From sequence record NC_004629.1: DNA of 64,000 nt. One strand, written 5' to 3'. Numbering within the stretch: position 1 is the first letter of the stretch; every line of letters begins with the position of its first letter. The translations under genes were made by a program, and so were the position numbers. Under the pieces are notes generated by a model. It saw nothing but the letters and a program-made list of their open reading frames with translations. It was not told the DNA's origin and made no database searches. Of this stretch, positions 9,191-18,346 are shown one piece after another.

Positions 9191-9247
9191 CATCTTTATA
9201 TCAAAAGACTTTTGAATATCATATCCCATCCTGACAAGGAGTAGACC

Positions 9248-9391
9248 ATGCAAGTACGAATTGAGGTAATCAATAGTGAGGGTAATCTGGATATCGAAGA
9301 ACGGGTTGATATCCACCCAATAAAAGGGTTAACGGCCTGGATGGTCGTTCTAGCTATCAAAGGTCTTGTAGCTAGCTTTGCACGTAAGTAA
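9248..9391 (+). CDS. Small hypothetical protein, 47 aa, with hydrophobic C-terminal helix (MQVRIEVINSEG...ASFARK)
   Basis: AAGGAG RBS, ATG 9248, TAA 9389-9391; flanked by two hairpins. Confidence 0.7.
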   Translation: MQVRIEVINSEGNLDIEERVDIHPIKGLTAWMVVLAIKGLVASFARK

Positions 9392-9402
9392 GACGACATA
9401 AA

Positions 9403-9441
9403 CCCCTCTCCATGTGGAGAGGGGCCTGTCTTTATTTTTTT
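9403..9441. terminator. Bidirectional terminator
   Basis: CCCCTCTCCA-TG-TGGAGAGGGG with a T-tract, between convergent genes. Confidence 0.8.
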
Positions 9442-9939
9442 TTATTTAGTTAACGGCTTGTTTAATTCATTTAACTGGTTATTGTTATTAACAGCCTCAT
9501 TATGAGTAATATTCCTACATAATTCAATTATGTATTCTACCTCAGAATAAGCTAATTCAAAGAATTCAGTTAATGACATATTAGATAAGCTACCTACTTT
9601 ATACTTGAAGAAATCTCTAGTCAGTCTCCTTCTCAACCCACCTTCGATAAAATCCTCTTTAGGATTTACTTTATTTAACCACATGGGTCCGTTTTCTGGT
9701 GAACCGATATCGTAATCAAGTAGATATGCTTCTCTTGTTAAACGTGCTGCTGTAGACGGTCTTACTGCCCCTACTGTCGATAATAGTCTATCTAAGTGTG
9801 TATCATCTTCAGTTAACTTATCATAACCAAAGTTTGGATGTAGGATGTGGCCACTATCTTCCGTGAAAGTGGCCTCAAGACGACTATATCTCAGATCATT
9901 AACTACACCATCCGGTTTGACTTCGAGGCCGCCAAAGTA
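9442..9939 (-). CDS. 165-codon frame downstream of gp77; T-domain / T4 gp51-like tail-assembly chaperone part, probably expressed by -1 frameshift
   Basis: Open from 9957 to 9442, with the first ATG only at 9684. C-terminal MSLTEFFELAYSEVEYIIELC resembles chaperone T domains (inference). Confidence 0.6.
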   Translation of the reverse strand, partial: YFGGLEVKPDGVVNDLRYSRLEATFTEDSGHILHPNFGYDKLTEDDTHLDRLLSTVGAVRPSTAARLTREAYLLDYDIGSPENGPMWLNKVNPKEDFIEGGLRRRLTRDFFKYKVGSLSNMSLTEFFELAYSEVEYIIELCRNITHNEAVNNNNQLNELNKPLTK

Positions 9940-11504
9940 AAAAAAGTTGACAGCATGTCAATAGGGATTAAGTGTGGGAAACGTTCTTTAAATTTAGTAG
10001 CAGCAGGTGACTCACATACTGGACAATTCCAACTTGTAATTGCAATCATTCCAATTAGTTGTGAATCAATGAAGTTACTCACCGCATTAATAAAGCGGTC
10101 ATTATATTCCGGTGTGGATAGAATATTAGTTAAGAACTTTTCAATAGTTTCACGATTAGTGGTTGCAGTACGAATATTGTCTTCAGAACTTTCACCATCG
10201 TCATCTTCACGTACTTTAATTTCTTTAACAAAATGTGAGAACTGACGGGCAATAGAGATCTTTTGTAAACGTGCAATATACTGAGAACGTTGTGGTCCAT
10301 CAACCGGCTCATTAAAACTACCTTGAGTCATATCGATAATTGAGTTAATCCAACTATCACCAGACTCTCGGCGATCAGCAATTGTGCACATCTCAAGAAC
10401 AACACCAACGTCACCAAACATTTCAGTTACTTGAGTTTCAATACGGAATCCTTCTTTATAAGTCTTAAGATCAGATTCAGTGCATGCATTAAACTTACGT
10501 GCAATATATTTCTTTTGTTCTTCTGAGAATGCCAGTAGATCATATTGAACAAGCGTTGACATATTAAGTTTCGCTGTTTCAATATGGTTACATGTATTGG
10601 CATCTGCAATACATGGATAACTATAATTAAATCCATCTGGGTACATAGTCGCTGCTAGTGCATGATGTAAGAACGGCTCATCAGCTACTGAGATAACATG
10701 CTCTAGATCAGTTGGGGTGTTGAACTTATAGTTGGATTGAATAACACATGCAAGTGCTAAACTACTAACCATGTTAAGTAACACAGCTGCCATGTTTGAG
10801 AACAGCATACCTTTTGATTCAGCGCCTAGCCGGATCTTTAATTGTGCTAGACGTGCTTGTAGGGCAGCTACTTCAGTACCAGTAGGTGCACGTAGTTTTA
10901 CCCAAATACCTGAATGAGGTAGGAAAGTATCATATGGCGTACCGATGTTAGCTTTACGTGTTAGGAAAACTAGAGTTTCATCATCGGTCATTTTACGACC
11001 ACTGGTATTAAATACAGGTCGTCCAGGTCGAATGATCTTTTCACCATAAGGAATTTCACTAGACCATTCAGAGCCTTCTCGGGCAGTTGCACCAATTGGC
11101 GAATCTTCAACAATAGAGTGAGCTAAGCCCTCCAGAATAGCAGCTGTCCACTTTACACCATCACTAGTGTCATCTACTTTATTATCAGCAAATGCTTTAA
11201 ATAGTTCTTTATTGTGATCCAGGAAATTATAAACAGTCTGGGGATTCTCACGTAGTAAAGTAAGAATGCTAGCACTATCTTTAATAGCCGGTTCAGAAGC
11301 ATCCCGGATATTTCCAGTTTTAGCATTACGTGGAATACGTAGTTTAATTTCTTTTTGATCAGGAACGAAAGGTGGAGTTTCCACCTCGTCATTATTTTCA
11401 ATACTAGAGTCAGGATCGTGTTGCGCATTGATCTCATCAATTTGATCTAGTAAATTCTCTTCTGGAGTATCATCGTACTCATTATCGAAGTCAGCAGTAG
11501 CCAT
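9903..11504 (-). CDS. gp77; possible tail/baseplate-hub assembly chaperone (T4 gp26 / lambda G-like)
   Basis: 533 aa, acidic N-terminus, CPVC near the C-terminus; function inferred. Confidence 0.7.
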   Translation of the reverse strand: MATADFDNEYDDTPEENLLDQIDEINAQHDPDSSIENNDEVETPPFVPDQKEIKLRIPRNAKTGNIRDASEPAIKDSASILTLLRENPQTVYNFLDHNKELFKAFADNKVDDTSDGVKWTAAILEGLAHSIVEDSPIGATAREGSEWSSEIPYGEKIIRPGRPVFNTSGRKMTDDETLVFLTRKANIGTPYDTFLPHSGIWVKLRAPTGTEVAALQARLAQLKIRLGAESKGMLFSNMAAVLLNMVSSLALACVIQSNYKFNTPTDLEHVISVADEPFLHHALAATMYPDGFNYSYPCIADANTCNHIETAKLNMSTLVQYDLLAFSEEQKKYIARKFNACTESDLKTYKEGFRIETQVTEMFGDVGVVLEMCTIADRRESGDSWINSIIDMTQGSFNEPVDGPQRSQYIARLQKISIARQFSHFVKEIKVREDDDGESSEDNIRTATTNRETIEKFLTNILSTPEYNDRFINAVSNFIDSQLIGMIAITSWNCPVCESPAATKFKERFPHLIPIDMLSTFFTLAASKSNRMV

Positions 11505-11515
11505 TTAAAACTCCA

Positions 11516-12010
11516 TTATTGTTGAATTAGTTTTTCGTCCCAACCAGCTTCTCGAAGAGTGCCGATCATCGCTAGGATTACACCATCAATACCGCGTTCA
11601 ATAGCACCTTCAATACCAGTGTATTTAGTAACAAGTTCACTGATGAGTTTTAGTTCATCTTCATTATTTGCTGGACCAACCTTACCTTGATGTTGTACAT
11701 ATAGGACACTGATAATTTTAGTTAGTCGATTAAGGTCAGCAATAACTGTTTGTAAGTTCTTTTGGAATCCAGTAGGATCAGATAACGTCGGAATGATTTC
11801 ATTGATCTTATTAATAACTGGATTAATGAATACTTCAGTTTGTAGAATACGTTTACCTACGGAACCTGCTAGTACATTGACAACATCCCAACCATCGCGG
11901 TTAAGAATATGATCAGCTGCGGCAGCTGATGCTCCAACTGCACGTTCAAATAGACGTAGCGTCTTTTCCTGTTCTTTAGTTAGAGTTGGTTCTTTAGCTT
12001 TATTTGACAT
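11516..12010 (-). CDS. Hypothetical protein (gp78 by synteny)
   Basis: 164-aa ORF, GGAG RBS. Confidence 0.8.
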   Translation of the reverse strand: MSNKAKEPTLTKEQEKTLRLFERAVGASAAAADHILNRDGWDVVNVLAGSVGKRILQTEVFINPVINKINEIIPTLSDPTGFQKNLQTVIADLNRLTKIISVLYVQHQGKVGPANNEDELKLISELVTKYTGIEGAIERGIDGVILAMIGTLREAGWDEKLIQQ

Positions 12011-12180
12011 CTTGTTATACTCCGATAGAGGCTTAATTTAATATTTGCCAATATAAATTGACAAATGAAAAAATGATTAGTTCAACATATATTTAACACA
12101 TTTGGTAATTTTACACTATATTAAAGAATAACTATCTGTCCAACCCTATGTTAATAATTCCGTATAAAAAGGATATCGTC

Positions 12181-13038
12181 ATGAAAGATTTCATTGATAG
12201 TTATCTTACGCCTCTTATACATGAAGAGCGTAAAGAAGTTATCCTAGACTGCGTAGCATCTTTTGAAAAGATTAATTATGTTGCAGCTCTAGATGAACTA
12301 AATACAGTATGTCAGATTCAATCAGGTATCTCAGATAATGCAATGCTTCTTTCTCGCATTGATGATATCATTCGCATTGCACAAGATGAAATTCTAAATG
12401 AGCATCTTATTAAAATTAGTGATGAAGCAACTCAGGCTGAGCGGCAAGCTGTTGTTAATACACTCCTTAGTTTAGAAGATTACATTATTCCAGATGAAGT
12501 GAATGATATTCTGTTAGCTGAATATTCACCCGAAGAGACATTAGCGCATCTGGTAGAACTTATTGATACAAGTGTAGATTTCTTAAATATCATTGACTTA
12601 ATTGAAAGTGTATCGCCAACACTTATTAGTAATATTACATCATTTATTCAGTCAGTACTTACTACCCGTGGTCAAGCATATGGGAATGTAAGTAATATCG
12701 AACGGATTAATTTAATTAATCGCCTTATTCGTATTCATACGCGCGCATCATTTAAGTTAGCTATGGAACTAGTTAATGCAGGATTACGTGTTGGTAAAAG
12801 GAATATTGATGACCTATTACAAATTTCATTTGGCCCATTAGATGCTATGACGCCTATTGAAGTTGCTAAAGAAATTGTCGGATTGGTATTAATTTCAAAT
12901 ACTGAACAGAATGAAATTAGTAGAACGGTAATGGGTATTATAGATGATTTCACATCTAACAATATTGAACGATCTATTATGGAAAATGAAGCTAAAAAGA
13001 TTTTAAATAGCATAGGTGATACTAATGAAATTACGTGA
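12181..13038 (+). CDS. Conserved hypothetical protein (gp79 by synteny)
   Basis: ORF track 12148..13038; AAGGA RBS before ATG 12181. Confidence 0.8.
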   Translation: MKDFIDSYLTPLIHEERKEVILDCVASFEKINYVAALDELNTVCQIQSGISDNAMLLSRIDDIIRIAQDEILNEHLIKISDEATQAERQAVVNTLLSLEDYIIPDEVNDILLAEYSPEETLAHLVELIDTSVDFLNIIDLIESVSPTLISNITSFIQSVLTTRGQAYGNVSNIERINLINRLIRIHTRASFKLAMELVNAGLRVGKRNIDDLLQISFGPLDAMTPIEVAKEIVGLVLISNTEQNEISRTVMGIIDDFTSNNIERSIMENEAKKILNSIGDTNEIT

Positions 13039-14374
13039 TTATTTTCTAATGGGTATCAATGCTGGATTAGATAAGAAACGAGCATGGGTTAACGTTTTAT
13101 TTAATATCGTTTATAACCCAAATGATGGTGGTGAATATCTATACAAGCCATATTTCAAAGATGGTAAAATGTTCTTCTATAAAGAAGGCGATTCTAATGA
13201 TGAAGTTGTTTATATCGACGATTATATTGAAGGTAAACAACCATTAGCATTTCGAGATGAATTCATTTTACAACCTGGTGAAATTGAAAACTATAAAGGA
13301 CCAGGTGCATTAAGAACAACTTATGGTAACGTTTTTGTTAACCATTTAGTATTATGTTTACCTTTCGGTGATCTGTTCCCATTCCAATCTGGTTATTTCG
13401 ATATTGGTAAAGTTGAGAAAGAAATTCTTAACCGCATGATCGATGATCCAATTGATGATGATAATCCACCGCGTGCAACTGATGGTAAGTTATATGTATG
13501 GCAATATCGGATGTTTGCAGATCATTGTTTAGCATTGCCAGCATATGCTAGTACCTTGGTAACATCCATTACTGAGAAATCAATGACCTCTGCACCAGAC
13601 AGAGATAAGTTACGCAAAGAACTAGAAGAGAAATATAAAGATCGGTTAGATGATCCGGCTGTTATTGCAGAGATGGGTAATGCATTAATCAAGCTAGATG
13701 AGGACTATCTAAAAGACGATCCTTCTTATGAGTTCTATGACACTAAACATAGTAAATTATTTGGTGGCGTGCGTAAGAAAGTATTTGGTATGTTTGGTGG
13801 GGAAGCGCCATTCCAAGATGGTACGTCAGTTGAATATATCGGTAAATCATTGGAAGAAGGCATTGACACTGACCATATGCCAGTAATGAATAACTCATTA
13901 CGTTATGGCTCATATAACCGTGGTGCACAAACAGCCCTTGGCGGTGAGTCAACTAAAACGATTTATCGAATGGTTGGTACAGTCAGGATTATTATGGAAG
14001 ACTGCAACACATGGATAGGTATTCCAACCAATGTTCATCAATTTAATAAGAAAGATTTCATTGGCTTGTCTTATGTTAAGAATGGGAAATCTATCCTTAT
14101 TGAAGAAACTAATATTGATGAACTAGTTGGCACTGAGATTGAACTACGTGGTCCAATGACATGTAAGGCCGGTGGTGATCCAGCTAATGGTGTAATAGGT
14201 AGAGGTAAGAACGTATGCGCTGTCTGTATGGGTAAACAAATGTCAGAGAACCCTAATGGCATACCGGCAGCGGCAGCAGGTGTTGGTGGTCGATTCCTAT
14301 CCATCTTCATGTCTAAAATGCACAGTGCTGTTCTTAAGACTGTTAAATGGTCTTATCGCGATCGCATCAGTTAA
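13025..14374 (+). CDS. gp80: Virion RNA polymerase beta' subunit, middle part (gp80)
   Basis: KKVFGMFGG, SLEEGI, GSYNRGAQTALGGE, EDCNT, RGPMTC...VCAVCMG, FMSKMH are beta' homology blocks. Confidence 0.9.
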   Translation: MKLRDYFLMGINAGLDKKRAWVNVLFNIVYNPNDGGEYLYKPYFKDGKMFFYKEGDSNDEVVYIDDYIEGKQPLAFRDEFILQPGEIENYKGPGALRTTYGNVFVNHLVLCLPFGDLFPFQSGYFDIGKVEKEILNRMIDDPIDDDNPPRATDGKLYVWQYRMFADHCLALPAYASTLVTSITEKSMTSAPDRDKLRKELEEKYKDRLDDPAVIAEMGNALIKLDEDYLKDDPSYEFYDTKHSKLFGGVRKKVFGMFGGEAPFQDGTSVEYIGKSLEEGIDTDHMPVMNNSLRYGSYNRGAQTALGGESTKTIYRMVGTVRIIMEDCNTWIGIPTNVHQFNKKDFIGLSYVKNGKSILIEETNIDELVGTEIELRGPMTCKAGGDPANGVIGRGKNVCAVCMGKQMSENPNGIPAAAAGVGGRFLSIFMSKMHSAVLKTVKWSYRDRIS

Positions 14375-14375
14375 A

Positions 14376-14410
14376 ATAGATGGAGAAGTTACTCAGCTTC
14401 TCCATTATTT
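14376..14410 (+). terminator. Hairpin after gp80
   Basis: ATGGAGAAG / CTTCTCCAT with TATTT tail. Confidence 0.55.
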
Positions 14411-14436
14411 AGATTATAACCCGAAAGGAACTAGTA

Positions 14437-15858
14437 ATGTCTAAAAAGAATCAACGATTTGGAAAGTTTCCTCAACTCAATCGTTTACCTGAAAAACCCA
14501 TTGTCAAAGACGAAGTTTTATCAGAAGCAACTGAAGATAAGCCAACTTCTGAAATTGGTCGAGGATTAACAAATATTGAATTAGTATCTCCTGAGGAAGT
14601 ATATGCTACAGCAGATGATATTAATTCTTCAGTTAATACAGATAACGATACCTCAGAATTAGCTGAAGTTAATGTAAATGCACTGCGTACTGACTTCGAT
14701 ATTCCTGAAACATGGACAGATGAAAATGTCATTGAATGGTTTACCAATGATGGCATTGCTAAAGGTAAAACTGAACTCGGTAGCTTTGTATTTGACCCAA
14801 CCCGTAAATATCGTCCTTATGATGAATGGTCAGATGATGAACTAATCGATGCTGCTAACCATCGTCTAACTGGTGTAGTTAATGATATTGCCGATATTGC
14901 TGATGATATTTTAACTAAACGGGCTAAAGAGAATGAGACTACTGAGGAAGTAATTGTACCGGTAGTTAATGAAGATACTCTGAAACAAGATATTCGCAAT
15001 ACTGAAGACAGTATCAAGCTTGAAGAATTAGTCAAGCAACTGCGTATTCACACTAGTGATATTCCACTAGATTGGTCTACCCAAGAAGTGGTTGATTTTG
15101 TTAAACAAGGTATTACTCCACCAAAAACACTACGTGGTAGTTGGGTTAATAGTGTTATTCGTGATAATGCTCCACCTACCGATTGGACGACAGCAGAGCT
15201 TGAAGACTGGGCTGAAGGACTTATTAAAAATAGTAATTTGATAAAAGATTTTAAAATTGCTATTGAGTTACGCGATCGTTTATTCTTACCTACCACTAGT
15301 CAAGATATTGAAACTATTGTTGAACAATGGAAAGTATTCTCTGGTAAAGATGATATTAAACCAACCGGGGAAGTTAAAATCTTGAATAGTGAATCAACAT
15401 CTAATGAACCTGTACTTCGTAAAGGTATGACCAAAATGAACCAAGTATTTATCGAATCTCGTCTAGAGCAGTTTGCCACTGGTGCTAAACCTGGTGACTA
15501 TATCACTATCGAACGTGGTGGAGATGCACAAAAGAAACTAGATGATGTATTCAACTACGTAATGACAATCGAAGATATTGAAGGCTTTAAATCAGGCATG
15601 GATATTATCTTTGATTTCGTTAAGAAAAATCGTAATACCCTATTTAGTGAATCTAACGCACTTCGCTTTGTTGCTACTCTACCTACTCAGAATAACCGTC
15701 AAGAAGCACACATTAATCTTCTTACTCTATTCTGCCTATTTACTAGTGATGTATCAGATGCGCTTTATCAAGTAGATATCAACTATCTTGCACGTTTCAT
15801 CCCTGAAGGTAAACGGCAACTCGTTCTACACTTCTTCCGGCAGAAAGCTGGTATGTAA
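14437..15858 (+). CDS. Hypothetical protein with internal ~62-aa duplication (gp81 by synteny)
   Basis: 473-aa ORF with two DIP..W....V...G...T..GS.V...R...P...W...EL.D units. Confidence 0.8.
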   Translation: MSKKNQRFGKFPQLNRLPEKPIVKDEVLSEATEDKPTSEIGRGLTNIELVSPEEVYATADDINSSVNTDNDTSELAEVNVNALRTDFDIPETWTDENVIEWFTNDGIAKGKTELGSFVFDPTRKYRPYDEWSDDELIDAANHRLTGVVNDIADIADDILTKRAKENETTEEVIVPVVNEDTLKQDIRNTEDSIKLEELVKQLRIHTSDIPLDWSTQEVVDFVKQGITPPKTLRGSWVNSVIRDNAPPTDWTTAELEDWAEGLIKNSNLIKDFKIAIELRDRLFLPTTSQDIETIVEQWKVFSGKDDIKPTGEVKILNSESTSNEPVLRKGMTKMNQVFIESRLEQFATGAKPGDYITIERGGDAQKKLDDVFNYVMTIEDIEGFKSGMDIIFDFVKKNRNTLFSESNALRFVATLPTQNNRQEAHINLLTLFCLFTSDVSDALYQVDINYLARFIPEGKRQLVLHFFRQKAGM

Positions 15859-15890
15859 ACATATTGCCTCCCCTAGGGGAGGCTTTATGC
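15859..15890 (+). terminator. ACATA-hairpin-TTTATG element
   Basis: GCCTCCCC-TA-GGGGAGGC. Confidence 0.8.
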
Positions 15891-15959
15891 TGATTATTAC
15901 TTTTACTAGGTACTAATATAGTACGTAGATAAATATCAATATGTGCTGAGGTTATAGCA

Positions 15960-17876
15960 ATGTCTAATGAACAACAGGTTACAAATAAGAAAAAGATTAA
16001 GGGCATTGAAGCCAAACATATTACTTATTGTACTGATCAATTTGGTAAGTTTACAGATGCGCATTTCGTTAAAGAACGAATTCATTTTGAAGATGGTACA
16101 ACTGCAAATAATTTAAGGATGTGGGAAAACTACCAGCGTCCTTTTTGGATTACCGCAAAAGGAATGCGTAACCATAAAGAAAAGAAAGATTACGAATATG
16201 AGCGTAACTTAGTTAAATACATGTCAACTCAAATTGACATGAAACGTAAGATTAGTAAAATCCTAGGTGACTATTCGGCTAGATCTCTTCGTCAACTAGC
16301 GCGTAGTCCTTACCTATATGGCAGTGATGTTAGTTCAACCTGTTATCTGAAGCATGATTATCAAGAACGTTATCCTGGTCTAATCTCTCTAAACACTGTT
16401 GCTGGCGGTGACATCGAAACCAACGTTTATGAAGCTGAGAACGATGGCCAGATTATCTGTATGTCAGTTACACATAAGAACAAAGCTTTCCTAGCCTATT
16501 TAAAACGATGGGTTAGTGATATTGAAGATCCAGTGAAAGAGACATTAGAACAAGCACAAAAAGAAGAGGTACTATCACATCTAATTAAAGAACGTGGTCT
16601 AGATATTGAAGTAATGGTTGTTGAAACACCAGTAGATATTATTATTGAATGTTTTAAACGACTACATACCTGGAAACCAGATTTCTTCGCATTCTGGAAT
16701 ATTAGCTTCGACATTGGCAGAATCTTAAAAACATTAGAACACTATGGCGTTAATCCAGCTGATATTTTTTCTGATCCATCGGTACCTAAGAATTATAGGT
16801 ATTTCCATTTTAAGATTGATGAGCCTATGACCACCACTGCATCTGGGGTCACTAAATCTAAAGGACCAGAGGATCAATGGCATTGGATTACAGCACCCGC
16901 TAGTTTTCAATGCATCGATTCTATGTCAACTTATCGAGTAACTCGATTAGCTAAAGGACGTGATCCTAACTATCGGTTAGAGTCTATTCTTAGAAAAGAA
17001 CTAAACATCGATAAATCTACGACCATTAAAAATGATAAGGACTTAGAAGATTTTATTGAAGGTTTTAATAAACAATTGGTAGACCGCCCTGGTGGTGTTA
17101 TTACTAAATATATTAAAAATATAGGCAGTAATGAATGGATCAGGGTAGATGATTTTATATTAAATGATAACTTTACGTATGGTGATTCCATTAGATACAT
17201 GATGGAGTTTGGTAAATTAACATTTGAGGAAACGATGCATCTTGGAGGTATCGATTGGCACCGTGAGATGCAAACTAAGCATAAAATCAAATATGGTCTT
17301 TATAACATCATCGACTCCATTCGACTAGAACAACTTGATGAACAAGTAAATGATCTTGGTCGTTCTATAAGTCTATTCTCTAAAGCATCCGATTATAAGA
17401 ACTTTAGCTCTAACCCAAAACGACTATGTGATGACATGCATTTCTGGTATCTAAATAGACCAGATCCATGTGTTATTGGTTCGAGTTCTGATCAGATGGT
17501 ACATGAGTTAGATCAGTATGTTATTGGTCATAATGACTGGATTGTTACATTGCCATCTTACATGGCAGGTCCAAATGGATTGCAGTGTGTTAAAGATTTA
17601 CCAAATTATAAAACCTTAATCTTCTGTCATATCGCCGACCTTGACATCGTGTCGACATATCCTAACGTTAGTCAGATTCTAAATATTGCACGTGAAACAT
17701 GTGTGATGGAATTCTCAATGATGGAAGGAATTAGTGAACACCATCGCCGTGAAGTTGGTGTAAACTTAACAGGCGGTAGGGTTAACGCTATTGAAATCAC
17801 ACAGAAGATCATGGGCGCTCCTAAAATGGACACCCTACTAGAGAAGTTTATTAATACCCATAAGAACCCAAAGTAA
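15960..17876 (+). CDS. gp82: Split family B DNA polymerase: 3'-5' exonuclease plus motif A half (gp82)
   Basis: ExoI GDIET, ExoII FWNISFDI, ExoIII YNIID, PolB motif A DLDIVSTYP. Motifs B and C are absent, as known for the split phiKZ polymerase. Confidence 0.9.
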   Translation: MSNEQQVTNKKKIKGIEAKHITYCTDQFGKFTDAHFVKERIHFEDGTTANNLRMWENYQRPFWITAKGMRNHKEKKDYEYERNLVKYMSTQIDMKRKISKILGDYSARSLRQLARSPYLYGSDVSSTCYLKHDYQERYPGLISLNTVAGGDIETNVYEAENDGQIICMSVTHKNKAFLAYLKRWVSDIEDPVKETLEQAQKEEVLSHLIKERGLDIEVMVVETPVDIIIECFKRLHTWKPDFFAFWNISFDIGRILKTLEHYGVNPADIFSDPSVPKNYRYFHFKIDEPMTTTASGVTKSKGPEDQWHWITAPASFQCIDSMSTYRVTRLAKGRDPNYRLESILRKELNIDKSTTIKNDKDLEDFIEGFNKQLVDRPGGVITKYIKNIGSNEWIRVDDFILNDNFTYGDSIRYMMEFGKLTFEETMHLGGIDWHREMQTKHKIKYGLYNIIDSIRLEQLDEQVNDLGRSISLFSKASDYKNFSSNPKRLCDDMHFWYLNRPDPCVIGSSSDQMVHELDQYVIGHNDWIVTLPSYMAGPNGLQCVKDLPNYKTLIFCHIADLDIVSTYPNVSQILNIARETCVMEFSMMEGISEHHRREVGVNLTGGRVNAIEITQKIMGAPKMDTLLEKFINTHKNPK

Positions 17877-18244
17877 TATATCAGTGGAAGCGCCGAGGAG
17901 GATATGAATGCTCATCTGTTGGTGACAAAAGATTCTCGGCTCTTTACGCAAGGCTTCCTGATGGTAGAACAATTGAGGAAGCTTGGCAGTTAGATTGTAA
18001 AGGATATCGCAAATACTCCAACCACTGGAAAGCTGGTAAAGGAAAACCACCACTAGACGGATATAATCCTAAATATGATGATTATAAAAATCTGTGGAAA
18101 GTATGGGCTGTATCTAATAAACATCTAATGGATGAATTACGTCAGAATGCAAAAGAACATGATAACTATCTTTCTGATGTTTTTGCTTCTACTGATATTT
18201 CACAGGCACGTGCTTTAGCAGAACTACTCAATGAAGGATATTAA
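17876..18244 (+). CDS. Conserved phage protein, putative NADAR-like fold, 122 aa, with ATA in place of an ATG start
   Basis: Frame IYQWKRRGGYECSSVGDKRFSALYARLPDGRTIEEAWQLDCKGY...SQARALAELLNEGY*; no ATG/GTG/TTG before the conserved part. Confidence 0.65.
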   Translation: MYQWKRRGGYECSSVGDKRFSALYARLPDGRTIEEAWQLDCKGYRKYSNHWKAGKGKPPLDGYNPKYDDYKNLWKVWAVSNKHLMDELRQNAKEHDNYLSDVFASTDISQARALAELLNEGY

Positions 18245-18311
18245 AAATGGAAGGTATTCCTAATTAAATATTATCAATTGATCATTACTGCTAATATAAA
18301 CTTCGACACAT

Positions 18312-18345
18312 CATAAAACCCTCCCATTACGGGAGGGTTTATTTC
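18312..18345. terminator. Bidirectional terminator
   Basis: AAACCCTCCC-ATTAC-GGGAGGGTTT between convergent genes. Confidence 0.8.
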
Positions 18346-18346
18346 G

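Noticed and set aside
9196-9399. 67-aa minus-strand ORF in the track
   Set aside because: The plus-strand 9248..9391 ORF has a strong RBS and fits the flanking hairpins better.
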